Origin: Felis catus
Lineage: Eukaryota
Length of the DNA: 64,000 bases
Assembly (NCBI RefSeq): GCF_018350175.1
Contig: NC_058368.1
Span: forward strand, 167,960,001-168,024,000
Direction of reading: 5' to 3'
The position numbers were made by a program, and so were the translations under genes. This document shows, one piece after another, positions 1 through 14,440 of the stretch (positions are counted from its first letter, which is position 1; each line of letters starts with the position of its first letter). Under the pieces are notes generated by a model, which was given only the letters and a program-made list of their open reading frames with translations, had not been told where the DNA came from and did no database searches.

Positions 1-105
1 AAATACTCTAAAACTGGATTTTGGTGATAGTCATACAATTGTTAATTTACTAAAATAATTTAACTGTGTACTTAAAATGGGTGAATTTTATGTTATATAA
101 ATAAA
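1..105 (+). mobile_element. Ancient L1 (L1MC/ME-like) 3' end
   Basis: 'ctaaaactggattttggtgatagt...tacttaaaatgggtgaattttatg...aataaa' is typical of old L1M 3' termini. Confidence 0.65.
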
Positions 106-479
106 GTCTTCCTAAAAAGAATGTGAAAAATTTAAGGACTCCCAAATTAAGGAAGAATGCCACAATTACCTGGAAGACACTTGTTAATCTTGGTAGCCTG
201 AGTTTAATGGCCATGTAGGCCTGAAGGGGGAAAAATGAACTCCTCTGAGAATTAAAGTCCTACACCATCCTTCACATAAATTTGGACTGCGAATTACCCT
301 TTAATACTGCTCTTGGAAACCTCTACCCAAGTAATAAACTCAAACTCACCTGTCCAAAAAGGTAGTGCCCCAGAGCTCCTGATGGAAGCAAACACAGATT
401 TTTGGAGGCACATCCAATAGCCCAAGTCCCACTGGAGTTCTACAGATAAAGCTCAAATCAGAGCTCACATTTAAAACAC

Positions 480-1200
480 AAAACAAAAACAAGACTAAGT
501 CCCAAAGGAGTTCAGATTTTAGATTACAAGATCATAAATGTAATAAATGTATATTTAAAATGTTTGAGAAATAAAAAGGAAACTGAAAACATGAACAAAT
601 AAAGACTATATGAAAATGAATCAGAATTTCTACAAATCAAAACCATGATTACCCAAATTCAAAATGCAACAGACACTTAAAGAGACAATTAGACAGAGCT
701 GAAGAAAAAATTAATTAATTGGAAGACAGATCTGAAGACAGAATCTTTTATAACCCATGGAAGGATAATATAAAAGAGAGTTTAACAGACAAGAAAGTCT
801 AATATATGATAAACTAAATTAAATTAACTAAATCTCCAGGAAAAAAGCATAGAGGTAATGGAGGAAAGGCAATGTTTGAGAACTTAATAATTGAAACTTT
901 CCCCAAACTGATTAAAGAACTGAGTCCTTAGATCCAGGATGCTCTACAAAGTCTAAGCATGGTAAATAAGAAGAAATATATAAATAGAGCTGTCAGAAAA
1001 ACTGAAGAACGTTAAAAGGAAAAAAAAAAGGATATTATCAGCATTCCAAAGAAAAAAGGAATCACTAAAAAGGGATGATGACTGTCATCTCTCTCAATAT
1101 AATAGAAGCCAGAAGATAGCGGAATAATATCTTCAAAATACTGAAAGAAAATAACTATAATTTTAAAATATTATGTACATAGCTACATATCACTCAAGAA
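480..1200 (+). mobile_element. Degenerate ancient L1 ORF1-region remnant
   Basis: A-rich sequence with recognisable motifs such as 'agaagccagaagatagcggaataatatcttcaaaatactgaaagaaaa'. No intact ORF. Confidence 0.6.
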
Positions 1201-2447
1201 TTGGGTACCCTAAAATGTGATCTTATATTTTTAAAACATTTCTGCATAAAAGGCCCACCACACATCTTTGTTCGTGAATACAATGTTCCCCATTCTTGAA
1301 TAAACTAACAACAATGTTATCCTGCCTAATCTAAGCTATCGGGTAAGAAATTATATATTATTTTCTTAATGTATATAAGAAGTTAATAAAGAACATTTCT
1401 AAAATCAGTACACCAAAGAAATAATACCCTTTTATCACATAACATGACTTACTTGAGTAATCAATATATTTTCTACCCCCCATTGCAATTCTGAGGAAAG
1501 GTAAGCCTAGTAGGTCTCCCAAAGAAGGCTGACAGTGGGAGGTGGGAAGTCATATGGTCTGTAGGAGAAAAAGGCCTCCAGCTGGGGAAAGAGGACAGCT
1601 TGGTTTTGGCTCTGTTTCTTCCTCTGTAAAAAGTAGGGGCTTCATAGACATCAACATTTTCTGATGGCTGCTATGGCTCTCAAGCCTGATAATCTTTTAG
1701 CCCAATCCTATAGGATGAAATTTCTGTCTTCCATAATTTCAGAAGCCATAATAAAGCTATTGTAGCACATTATATAACACATTCTTGCAAAATTTTCCCA
1801 CTAATAATTGTATTAACTAGAAGTTTCCAGTCTGGACTCCTCATCCCATTCCCCAAGCCCCAAGAGATTTAATAACAGAAACAACGGTTTTGAAAGAGGT
1901 TTACAAAACTGACAGCTTTTTTTCCCCAAGAATACAGTGCTGGGTAGGGGATACTAGGTGCCAGTTTACAGGTCTTCCCAACAGTACCAAGTGTATTGCT
2001 ACAGTGGCAAATTTTCAATGACTTTTTTCTTCCTGTTTAGTTGTGTCATTTTGGGACCACACTGATACATTAGGCATAAGCAATATTCTAGGTGATTTTG
2101 CTGCCTGGTGTTGGCTAGGCTTTCCCTCCCATGCAAAAACAAAATGGATATTTAAAAGTGCTTGTACCTGCTGCTAAGTCTAGACCATGTCTAAGGTTTC
2201 AGAATCCCCAGTGAAGCCAGGCCTAGCTAATCCAGAGTGGTCCAGAGGCTGGAACAGAGGGGTGTAAACACAGCAGTACCATCCTGTCAAATGGCTTACT
2301 CCTTTCACCTCAATTTTAGGAGTAAAATGTCTGTTTCTTTAAAACCAAAAACAAAATACAGTGCCAGGCAGAGAAAGCAAGAAATATGGTAGTTAAATGT
2401 CTGCCCTCTAATATAACATAATGTTAAATTTAAGGCCAAGTCTAACA

Positions 2448-3300
2448 TGAAAAGATACTCAACATTACTTATTATCAGAGAAATGCAAATCAAAGCCATG
2501 AATAGATATTACCTCATACCTGTCAGAATGGCTAAAATTAACAAAACAAGAAACAATAGATGCTGGCAAGGGTGCAGAGAAAGGGGAACCCTCCTACGCT
2601 GTTGGTGGGAATGCAAACTGGTGTGGCTACTCTGGAAACCAGTAAGGAGCTTCCTCAAAAAGTTAAAAATAGAACTACCCCACGACTCAGCAACTGCACT
2701 ACTACGTATTCATCCAAAGGATACAAAAATATTGATTTGAAGATATACATGCACCTGGATGTTTATAGCGGCATTATCAACAATAGCCAAATTATGGAAA
2801 GAGCCCAAATGTCCATTGACTGATGAATGGATAAAGAAGATGTGATGTGTGTATACATATATGAATGAATATTACTCAGCCATCAAAAAAGAATGGTATT
2901 TTGCCATTTGCAATGTCGTGCATAGAGCTTGAGTATATTATGCTAAGCAAAATAGGTCAAAGACAAATACCACATGATTTCACTCATATATGGAATTTAA
3001 GAAACCAAACAGATGAACATAGAGGAAGGAAGAAAAAAAAAGAGAGGCGGAGGCAAACCATAAGAGACTCTTAACTATAGAGAACAAACTGAGGGTTGTT
3101 GTAGGGGAGGTGGGGCAGGGAGATGGGCCAAACGGGTGATGGGCATTAAGGAGGGCACTTGTTATGATGAGCACTGGGTGTTACATGTAACTGATGAATC
3201 ACTAAATTTTACTCCTGAAACCAATACTACATACACTATATGCTAACTAACTAGAATTTAAATAAAAACTTGAAAGAAAAAAAAATAAGAAAAATAAAAT
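2448..3300 (+). mobile_element. 5'-truncated carnivore L1 (ORF2 C-terminus + 3'UTR + A tail)
   Basis: ORF 2447-2740 resembles the L1 ORF2 C-terminus (IREMQIK...CWWECKLV...LKKLKIELP). G-rich 3'UTR and A tail are present. Degenerate TSD taaggccaagtctaaca (2431-2447) / taaggtaaaatctaaca (3301-3317). Confidence 0.93.
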
Positions 3301-6300
3301 TAAGGTAAAATCTAACACTGACTTAAAAATCCTACAGTGACTAGAGAGCTAACAAGCTTGTCCCTTTCTGAATGAGAAGTTGACCTTTGGTTAACTTCCT
3401 AGATCTGTTCCCCTCAAATGGTACATTAACTATGTTACTAGGCAACATTGCTTATAGTAACAATGGCAGCTAATTGGTAGACAGCATCTGAGTGGTTTAA
3501 GAGAACTATAAATACCTGATGGGGACACCACGGCTTTGGATTTCTTTAGTGCAGTCATTCTTGTAACGATTCATGTAACTTTCAGGGATGCTAGATGCTG
3601 TGCCTATTGACCATTACAAGAGACATTCGTTCATGGGGGTATGAAATTTCTAAGCCAGGGCAGCGCCCACACCCACACCACGTGGATCTCATCTCCTTGC
3701 ACTTGAACTTCCATCTGGTGGTGAAAGAAAATACTTCCCTGACTGCTGGGTGAGCTGTGTGATGGACTGGTGCAAGGCCTCCTAGAGAAGAGGACTGTCC
3801 TCTGGCAAGAGAAGGTTCCCATCCTCGTCCTTCTGAATAAACTGTGCCAATGGTGGTCTACAATGGCTAAAAGTCTAAATGTTCAGTTGAATGCGGGCAA
3901 AGCATCCGAATGTTTAATTTTTTGTGTTTCTTATGGTTTTAGGTCTATAACCCAGGACAAACAGCATAATGCTAAAGTCACAGACAAATTAATTTTAATA
4001 ATATTTGTATTGGTTCTTTCATTCAAGAATTTTTTAGAAGGTTCATTGTAGTTGCTCTATGATAAACAGATGGTAAGGTAAGATGACAAATAGGAAATAC
4101 AATTAAGTTGCCAGTGCAGTTATCAGTGGAGCTGGCTTTATTTGAGATATATTTCAAGGGTGGAGCTGCCCTGGCTTATTAGTGGATGTGATGAGACGTA
4201 TAAAGAAGAGTGAAGCATCAGGGGCACCTAACTTTCGGCTGGAATAACACGGTGAACAGCAATGCCATTTACTGAGTCAGAGGAGACCAGCAGTGGTTAT
4301 AAAGATGTGATAGAAATGGTGGTGAAGAATAAACAGGCTTCTACTCTGCATTTAGATTAACCACCTGAAAAGTAAGTACTTACATACGGCAGTGTGGGGA
4401 AATGATGCTTTGAGAAAAGTGATAATATGGATCCAGTTTTATAATCAGAATTATATACTTAATTCCTTTTACAGGAAGTGGGGATGAATAAAGAAGAAAA
4501 AGTAAGAAAGGCAAAACACAGCTTTAAGTGTGCAGCACATCATGTGTTAAATTGAAACAACCCCAAAGTTCAACTTCCTTTACTGTTCAAGGAGAAAATC
4601 CTTCACTATGTACTTCAGGATAAAGGATTTGCAACTATATGGTGCTTGAGAAATATGCTATTGCTGTAATTTAACTCACTGTATGTGGGCTTCAAGATGC
4701 ACAGTGGCATTCCAAACCAACTTTTAAAGAAAATTGCATGGAATTTTCAAGACATCAGGAGCGTTCTTTAAAGTTATGCAGAGAAAACGGATTTTTGATA
4801 GTTATGAATTACATTTAGTGCTGCCAGATTGCAGGGAACACTCTCTTTGCCTCAGTATGGTTAGAATTACTGTTGACAAAGTTTTAATTTAAATTTTAAG
4901 GATTTAAATGGAAGAATATAGGTCACTGAATTTTCATTCATTGTGTAAGTATTACTAGTGGCAGAAAGCAAGCTTTGTTAGTGAGGGTCCAATTTTGGCC
5001 CTGGAGTCCATCTTTTCTGTAGTAGTTGGGAATTGAGTATGTGTTAGTGAGAATAATTTGGCCCTCAGTCAGTCAATCAGTGGACTGAACACGCACAGTT
5101 AGAAACCTGCCTGGCACAGAACAGAAGCTTGGTTCAGAAATAATAAATGCATTTGTGAGACAGACTCAAGTCCACACAAATCATTTATTACAATCACAAG
5201 CTAGAAGGGATTCGATCTTTCCTAGCAGGTTGTAGATTTAGATAGATTTGCAATAGTCGGAAAACACACTACACAGCCCTGAAGTCTAATTCTACAATTT
5301 TCAACTGGTTTCCTAAAGTTGAAAAACAGAGGTAAATATTTGTAGAGCCCACTGCATATAAAAAGATGTTTTCAAGAGCCTTGCCATATCCAGGAAACCA
5401 TAAGAAATTATAGTAGGTGTCTAATTTTAACGTTGTATCTTAAAATAACAAATGTAAAAGTATATGCTATAGAAACTATTAAAAATAAAGACCACTTCCT
5501 GGAAGAGGAATTTAAAAACTGTATTTTTTCATAAATCCGAATGAGTAGAGTAAGTTTCAGATCAACAATCTAGCAAAAGGATGAAGTATGAGTGGCACAA
5601 GAAAACCAGCATACTGTGGAAAGGCATAGCCTTTTGAGCCTTTGTGTGTGTAGAGGAGAGGGTCTTTCTTCAGGTTTGTGCTGTTTGGTGTCCCATTGTC
5701 CTCACTGGCCCCCAGCTCTAGAATCTGTGTTTTCCTCCAGAGAATGATGAGTATAATGGGTAATACTGACACGTATAGCACATACTCGTGTGCATTCCCT
5801 AAATGTGCTCTAGCCCCAAAACGTTGTTGAAGTAAGAACACAACAGAAATTTGGAGGGATATGCGTATGGGGAGGAGGTGACTGGCTTTCATAATAACAC
5901 ATGTCACAAGCATGTAAATAATTAATAACAGTATACTGGTAAGTACCACACGCCAAAAGCTGTGACAACAAAGAACCCATAAATTATGTGCAAATTTCAA
6001 TATGCTTGCTAAACTCACCCCTCCTTCTGCTGCTCAAGAAAATTTTGCCAGAATCCAAGTGAGTGAAAAGAAGAAATTACTAAATTTGTTCTAATTTATA
6101 ATTCTTTAGAAAATAAATCCTTTCCAAACCTTGATTGCAAGGTGTGTTGTGATGGCAAAGTTGAAAACGAATGCTTTAAAGGATTTCATGTGATTTCTTA
6201 TGTAAACCAGAGCAGAAGGTATGATTCTCAGAAAAAGCCAAGTACATTTGCCTCAACATAAAATAGGACTGATTGAATTTCAAACTCTTCATTTATTTTG

Positions 6301-6372
6301 TAGAGCTGAAATGTTAAGTTCCTTATTGCTGTTCAAAATTGGCTTCAATTGTATGCTATTATATATGTATAA

Positions 6373-6373
<1 letters not shown>

Positions 6374-6423
<50 letters not shown>
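6374..6423. repeat. (TA)n microsatellite
   Basis: Pure AT dinucleotide run of about 50 bp. Confidence 0.97.
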
Positions 6424-6426
<3 letters not shown>

Positions 6427-9400
6427 CTCATTCATTTGAAAGAAGTGTTTGGTTACTATAGGATATACGTGATTTAAAATTTCAAATATATTCTCCTCAA
6501 GCACATTCAGAATGTCATGCTGGATGATTTCAGCTTGGTCATGAGCTGCTTCACGCACGCCGGTCTTGTCCTCAGTACACTAGAGAAGCATCTCTGGACT
6601 TCTAATCTCCAAATCTGACTTTCCAAGGCTGACTTCAGAGAGATTCTCAGACAGAGGGCAGGGAAGGGGATGGAGCCTACCAGGGTATTATTGTGATTTT
6701 AAATCTAAAAGAACAGAAGAATCCTTTCCGAGAGGAAATACAATATCTTCAAAGCAAAACTGCTTTCTTGGAGAAGCTCCTAGACATAAATGTGAAGAAA
6801 GAGATAGTAGGAAGGGAAAAAGTGGGAAATTTCATCTAAGAAAGAGAGATAGATGATTAAAAGTCGTCATTCAATCATCAGACAGTACTCAGCTAGTTTC
6901 TACTATTTTTTTTTCTTCTAAGAATGATTTGCCACATAAAAGTATCATGGTAAGCAAGTTTTACATTCTATCAGTATAAAGGTCGTTCATTTTGAAAGGA
7001 TACATTATATAACAAATAGAAACCTACCCTAACTCACTGAAGACAGACAGAATTTTCTTTTGTTTACTTCTTATTTCCAATTTTAAAAATCTCCTTTTCT
7101 CTGCCCACATTCAGTCATTCGTAATGAAAGACAAGTCGCTTTCAGGTACTCAGCACACATTGCACACAGACACACACAGGCTGGATCAGCCACGTCAACT
7201 CCACACAATTGTTTGAAAAGTTGAAAAGTTCAAACTATTTATTTAATGTCATGCAGATAAACCCAAGAAAAGGAACATATTTGACAGATAAATTTTAGGT
7301 GACTGAGTCTTATAAACCCAAGGAAATGTTTTAGGATAAGCGTTAAAATGAACACTTTAATATTTAAAAGTACACTGGATTTACCAAATTAGGAAATTAA
7401 CAAAACTACCTTTTTGCCTCAGGAGAAAGTTCCATTTAGTAACTATCTAAGGTGAAATCAATCATCAAGAGAATCTCTTTGGTTCTCTTACTCCCAAAGA
7501 TACGAGACAGAAGCACCACTAACCCCTTATTCCATAGATAATAAAAGCAATATGTGGGATTTGATGAGCATGGGAAGATTGGCATCTGCTACCCCAAGAA
7601 GAATGGTGACCATTCTGTAGCAAGGAAATCCATCAGTTTTCTACTCCTGAGCAGGTCAATGACAGACGTATTTCTTACCTATACACCGAAGGAGAAGTTG
7701 AACCATAGCAGCATCAACTCCTGGTTATTCTGGTAAGTGATAAAATCAATTTAGTGAGAGTCCAACAAGCATTTTAAATGCAAAACGTATTTTTCACGGT
7801 AAGACAAGAAAGTATGAAGGCCCTGAAGGAGATTATAGAAGACCATACAGTTTGAACAATTTTCTACTTACTTCCAAATGGATCCAAGAGGTCTAATTTT
7901 ACACTTAACTTAAAACAAATGCAGCAAACAAATCATAAACAAAATCAGAAGGAAACTCCAAAAAGCTGGAGTAGCTAAAATGTAAAATTACTTCTCCCTT
8001 CTAATTCCCACCTCTAACTTCTCCAAAAGCAGAACATGCAGGTAAGATGAAGAGAGTGTTGGATACAAGGAACTAGAAATTTCTAGTGTGTTGGGAATCT
8101 CTAAATGAGGATGCTTTAAAACTCGGGCTGAATTGCTGAGTTGTAATGGGAAGGTTGGACTTGTGATGAAATACAGAATAAGTTTTAAGCTGGAGGAACA
8201 AAAGAAAACAATAATAGTCTTATATGGTGACATAAGATTCAGAGCGCAACAGATTTTAAAAGATGAAATTTTCTAAATTAAAAAAAAAAAAGAGCCTAAT
8301 TCACTCAAAGAACCAGAGCTCTTTAGAAAAGCAGATGATGCCACATCTCTAATATGAAATGCACAAAGCCTGTTGTATCTGACGTAATCAGTCTATATCA
8401 AAGGCACATGGGAACCAACTTGAAGAAGCTTCCATTACCAAAGATAGGACAAACTGACCGTAAGGGATTGCTGAGTTTATAATGATAATTCAACAACAAC
8501 AACTCTTCACTGGCACCTTTGGAGGATGATGGAAACATAAAGAGAGGAAAGGTAGTAAATAAAGAGAAAAAGTCATGTATTAGTCTCTTCTTTCCTATAT
8601 AAATTGAATGCAGGTAGACCAAAAAGTTGATCATGGAAAGTTGCTATTACTATAAGGAAGCGCTGCTAAAAAAAGAAAAGAGAAAGACCTTCTATAGTCT
8701 GTAAAGCTCAATCCTATCAGTGTTAGTGGACATAATGATGTGAGCCTAACTAGTGACAGACATGCATGCAGTAAAATCAATTATTTTAATATTCAATTTA
8801 TATTTTATTGTAAGTGCTACCACTTTCTAAGGGGAAACATAATAAATGTTTTTGTTTTGTTTTAAAATAAATCAGATGCCAAGTATCTTAAGTAGGTAAT
8901 TAGTCAGCAAATAATGAAAAAAGATTTAGTCAAACATCAGCTGGGGAGAGTAAAATCATTTCAAAGAGAGGGTGAAACCCTAGAGAATGCTTGCAAGTGG
9001 AGGAGATGTGGTTTGATGCTTTAGAAGGAAGAGATGCAGGCCTTATTTTTTTTTCTCCCTTTCTACTCCTCCTTTTCATATCTCAGAAAATGGGGAGCTC
9101 TAAAATTAAAGGGCATAGAGGAGGTAGAGTGCAAAGCCACACCGAAGAGAGAGTCCATTCTGACTTTTCTGAGAACATTCTTGGAAGAGGCTCTCCTAAG
9201 GGAAGGAAAGGAAGGGGCACCTGAGACAGGTGATGACACTGAGGCCCCAGGAACCTCTGGGCTCAGGTTCAAGGGAGATGAACTTAAAGAGGAGCACAAC
9301 TGCTTATGTTTTTGAGAACCGTATGACTGCTTATCTCTAGAAATAACTGTACTTTTAAAAAGTTGCTATGAAATTAGGTCATTTAATATTGGCTAAAATT

Positions 9401-9617
9401 GCTTTTAAAGAGTGTTTCAATGAAAAAAATCATTTGTATATGAAAAACAGAGACATTTGAGGAGTTATCTGCAGATAATCCAGTAAATGATTTGAAGTAG
9501 GAGATTTTAGTTCCAGATTTGCTAATTAATTAAAACCTGTCTGGGCTCAACTTTCTCCTCTACTAAAAAAGAGCAATAATATTTCTGCTTCCTTCATAAA
9601 TTTGGGGGAAAATTAAA

Positions 9618-9832
9618 TTTTTTTTAGTGTTTATTTATTTTGAGAGAACGAGAGAGAGGGAGAGAGAGAGGGAGCAGGGGAGGGGCAGAGAGAGAGAAAG
9701 AAAGGACACAGAGGATCCAAAGCAAGCTCTGTGCTGACAGCAGGAGCCCCACGCAGGGCTTGAACTCACGAACTATGAGATGATGAGCTGGGCTGAAGTC
9801 AGATGCTTAACTGACTGAGCCACCCAAGTGCC
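9618..9832 (-). mobile_element. Can-SINE
   Basis: Reverse tRNA-derived head, (GA)n tract and T tail. Degenerate TSD aatttgggggaaaatt / aattctggggaataatt. Confidence 0.92.
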
Positions 9833-10249
9833 AATTCTGGGGAATAATTTAGGTAGGAGATGTAAGAAAAATTTTTTACTTATGAAGAATTATATATAGT
9901 GTTGAAATTATTAAGAAAATATTTGTTGAATACATGATTACACATTGAACATCAATGAGAGTCTCCATCTTCTGGCTAGGGAATGTTTAATCACAGCATG
10001 CAACTGATATTTGGTGCTGGCATAACAAACTTATGGTGAATAAGCACATTAAACCTATTAAGTTCTGTAACTATATAATTAGATCTTACAGGGTAGCTTT
10101 GTGACAGTGTTTGTCCACAGATGGACAAACATGGTGGCAATTCAGTCACATTTCTTAAGCTCTGACAACTGGGAAACTCTAGCAAAGCTTTCTTAGTAAT
10201 AAATACTTTTAAGCACATCACTGACCTATGAGTGATTATACAAGAGACT

Positions 10250-10440
10250 GACTTACTATTAAATCCTTATCATACCACTACTTAACAAACTATGTGAACC
10301 TGAGCCTTTCTAGGCCTCAGTTTCCACATCTGTAGGCCTGAATATTAACAGTACTATCTAAAGTGGGGTATTAAGGGGGTTAAATAATGCCTACAGAAAA
10401 CACCCAAAAAATGTTAACTATTCTATCATTATGATTATTG
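10250..10440 (+). mobile_element. MIR
   Basis: MIR core 'ggcctcagtttccacatctgta'. Confidence 0.7.
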
Positions 10441-11174
10441 TCATGAAAGTTTACATTAGATTTCTTTCAATTGAACTGGATACTTGATTAGTAGTTAGAA
10501 CCCAAAGTAGTGTTTCCTTTTATATATGTTAAGTGAAGTTGTTACCATGGGAATGGTGAATAAGACAGGAAAAGTTGAGATGAAAGTTGGAACTTACCCT
10601 GAATTTTCAACTAGAATATTTTCATAAGGTTTCTTCAAAATTTGCCCGTGTGTGCACGTAATCACTTTGGATGATTTCTGTTCTTTCTTTAGATTAACCA
10701 ACGCATACAAACTCATCCATTCAGACACCTGTTCTTGCTCTGAGCCTTTCCTAGGGCTGTACTACCTCAAATGCCCTTCCTTCTCATCTCTGTCCTCCCA
10801 TGCCTCTTTCATTACAGACGCTTCCCCAGTCATTTCAATCCCTGATGATCGGCCCCTCAAAACCCTATATCTTGTAGGGCCTATTTTTTTTCTTTGACCT
10901 CATCATATTGTTTAATCTGTTAAAAAACTTTTCACTGTTTCTATCTTCCTTCTCAATGTTAAAGAGTAAACTTCCTATCCAACTCGGTATCCTCCACGGC
11001 ACCCAGCCAGCAGTTATACAGTAAACATCTGCGGAATGAAACAAAACATAAAACCAGTCCAGAATAAATCGCAGGATTAGAAGGAATTTAAACATCATAT
11101 AGGTCAATTCCTTACTCAATGCTTCCATCTTTCCACATTCTCCTAAAGAGATTATCTCAGCTTGAATAATTCTT

Positions 11175-11281
11175 TTTTTAAAAAATTTTAAAAGTGATCT
11201 TTACAGTCAATGTGGGGCTCCAAACCACAACCCCAAGATCAAGAGTAGCATGCTCCACTGACTGGGCCAGCCAGGTGCCCC
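11175..11281 (-). mobile_element. Short (old-type) Can-SINE
   Basis: Perfect TSD tcagcttgaataattctt (11157-11174 / 11282-11299) and a tRNA-like head. Confidence 0.9.
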
Positions 11282-14209
11282 TCAGCTTGAATAATTCTTG
11301 TAATAGAGAACTCACTACTATTCAAGGCATCTATTTTCAAGAAGTTTTAAACACTAGGAAATTGTTTCTCATGTAGGATACTGGAAACATAGTATTATTT
11401 CAATTATCTTGGTGTTCACTGTAGTCCCCTTTAGATCTAGTTGTCACTGATAATAATAAAAATTCAATAATAATACAGCATACTACAGGGAAAACAAATG
11501 CTTAGAATGCATACTCTCAAAAGTGTGTGATTTGGGACAAATTTCTTTATCTATAATAGGCCTCCTTTATAAGATTAATGTTAAAAACAGCTAATTAAAA
11601 TTAAAATTAAATGCTACATTTTAGAAATGTTAGAAGTAATTGAGGAAAGTTGGAAAGTGAATATTTTAGTTAATGATTCAGTTAAATATAGAAATTTAGT
11701 ATTTATTTATAAAAAAACTAATTAATTTAGAGCAACAACATACATGCATCTGGAGGTATAAGAAAGTTTAGGAGCAAGCAAATAGAAATTGGTCCATTTG
11801 TCTTGCTAATGTAGGTTAAAGGTTTCTTAATTAAAAAAAAAAACTTCTTATATTAATGAAGCTAAAGCTGGCCTGTGAATTGGTTATGGGAGCATTAGCT
11901 TGAAGAAACGTCTTTAGTCCTTCTCAATAGATTTGAGATTCTGTAGTCTGTTATGTCAAGGCAGAGTGATAAGCATTGTTACTGCTCAGCCTTTTACTTC
12001 AAGGTTATGTAGATGCAGTCTTAGGATGACCTAGGAAATAGGGAAGAAAGTCAACAATTTCTTTGCTGTTGAGTAAAGAAAAACATTCAGAAAAAAATTG
12101 CAATTAAATACCAAATGTTTGGTGAGAAATTACGACAATTACCGAGAAGAAAAAAATGAATATAATATTTGCTAAGTACAACAGTAGGTATATCAATCTA
12201 GCAGTGAGGAACTTCAGGAATAGAAATAGAGAATTAGAAGTGAAAAGAAGTAACTTTCAAGATGGACACATAAACAAGGGAAATTTGCAACAATAGAAGA
12301 TTTAGCAATTTAGTACTATTTTGTTAGAAACAATAAAAGCTATCTATATTTAAATGATAGAATGGAAAGAAAGCATGAATAATCAACAGTAAACAATAAG
12401 ACATTCTTTTTGACTTGCAAATGTATTTTCTAAAGTTCTTCTCTGTCACTTTACAACTATTAGAGTTATTCCTGCTGACAAAGGGAGCTGAATCTTACCC
12501 AACAATCTTGGAACACTTTAAAATACAATTTGAAAATGAAACAAAATGTAAAAGGAAAAACCAGAGATTTAATTTTAAGTGGAATATCATTGTATGTAAT
12601 GCATACCTAATAATATGAAAAATAAAGTAATATAAAAAAGAGCAAAATTATTTTTGGTATGAGACTTTTTCTTGAATACTTTATCAGTGTTGGTTTGACA
12701 AGAAAAGATGAAGCCCTCTTGATACGAGTGTATATCCAGAATACTTGTCAGGGTTTCTTTTTGTCTCTTTAGCGTGCATACTTGTTTTGATAATGCATCC
12801 AGGATCCCAATTTGAGTTAACAAACAGCTGAAGAGATCTGGTATCTCAAGAAGAGGTAGGGAATGCACAACCTATAAATCTTTCAATAATGTTCAAAGTT
12901 CAACAAGGCTGGGGTGAGGCGTGGATTACACCAAAGCACAGATTAATGTCAGCAGGCCACTCCCTGCCATTCTTCCTGTCTGGAAGAAGATGCATTACTT
13001 TTTTTTTTTTTTCCTTTTTTTTAAATGAGCAAGTTAGTCCTGTCCTCTCAATCCCATCAGAATGAAATCTCCAGGAATACAGAAACTATATATGTCTTGC
13101 ACGTAGCATGGAACACATCACATAGTAGGTGCTGAATCAATCTGCTGACAGAATGAATACGTATCACGTCTTCTGTGCAGCAGGCCAACTGAAATGACAT
13201 CTGAAATGATCACCATGGGAATAGTGACCTCCTTCACTTGGGAGACCTTTTGCTCAGAGCAATCCAAAAGCTTTTGTGGCAAGCCTTGAGGTTAGGTTTA
13301 AAAGTCCCAAATCAGGCAGAAGACCAATGGCAAGCAGAAGAAGGGGTAACCAAAGACTGTGCTGAAAGAGTAGCCCCAGGGCCTGTGGGAGAGACAGAGG
13401 AGCCTGTGGAACAGCACAGAATGACCCTGTGGGTTGTCAGTGACCTTGTAGGCCCCAAATATCGATGTCAGAGTTAAGTGTTTACAGTCCTCTTTAATTA
13501 AAGGTTATTTGACAACTTGAGAGGGAAAGCAAAAAGATATCCTCTAGAGTGTATTTCTAGGGCCCGTAGGAGTGCTAAGGTCAAAGGAAATGTGATAACA
13601 ACCCAGAAAGAAAACAGGGCCCTTTTTACAACTGCTCCCTGACATAGGGCCACACTGGTAAAACTCACTATGGAAACGCTAGGGGAGGTAAGTGCTTTAT
13701 TCATCCATCCCATTCATCCCACCACATGCTCTGTGCCATGCAGTCCAAGACAGACTGGCTCTGATGCCCACAGGCTTGAAGGATACACATGACTTTCTAC
13801 TCCTCGTATTCCTTTTAATCCCAGGGATACAATTTTCCAGAGAACTTTGAACAGAAAAGCGTTTGAAGGTAAGCAGAAAGTAGGTTAAAAACTATCAGCT
13901 GACAAATTCTTATAGGAACAAAAGAAAGCATAAGGGGAGCCAGGAGAAAATTATCCAAACAAAAATGAAGAAGAGATGAGGAAAAAACTAGGGAGGCAAA
14001 TGAAAGATTTTGAACTTTCTGCTGCATCTTTCCTTTATTCCCTACTAATAAGAATGTGGTTGACATAGCTTAGGTATGTAAGTCAATGAGGCAAGTACAG
14101 GTCAAACTTCTAGATCATGATTCCCACAGACAGGAAAGCCACACTAGGAGGAAGAGGAGGAGGAGGAGAGCCGATTCTTCTTCAGAGAAAGAGATGATTC
14201 TATTATTTT

Positions 14210-14440
14210 AAGAACTGCTAATTAATGAATACCCACTTATGCCACTAGGTACAATGCAGATGTTTTATATTCATATTCGCTACTTTTTATGGTACATTTT
14301 ATTATGTGCTTAATAGAGGACAAAACTAGGAGGTTAAGTAACTCGCTCAAGGTCATAAAGAAAAGTAGAAGCAAAGCTGGATTCTAACCTAACTCTCTGA
14401 CTCCTAAGTTTGAGGGTTTTTCCCCCCACGATACTGCCTA
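14210..14440 (-). mobile_element. MIR
   Basis: 'gaggttaagtaactcgctcaaggtca...ctggattctaacc' is MIR core in antisense. Confidence 0.65.

Noticed and set aside
5557..6018. 153-aa minus-strand ORF
   Set aside because: Non-ATG start, no recognisable domain and no splice context; consistent with a chance ORF.
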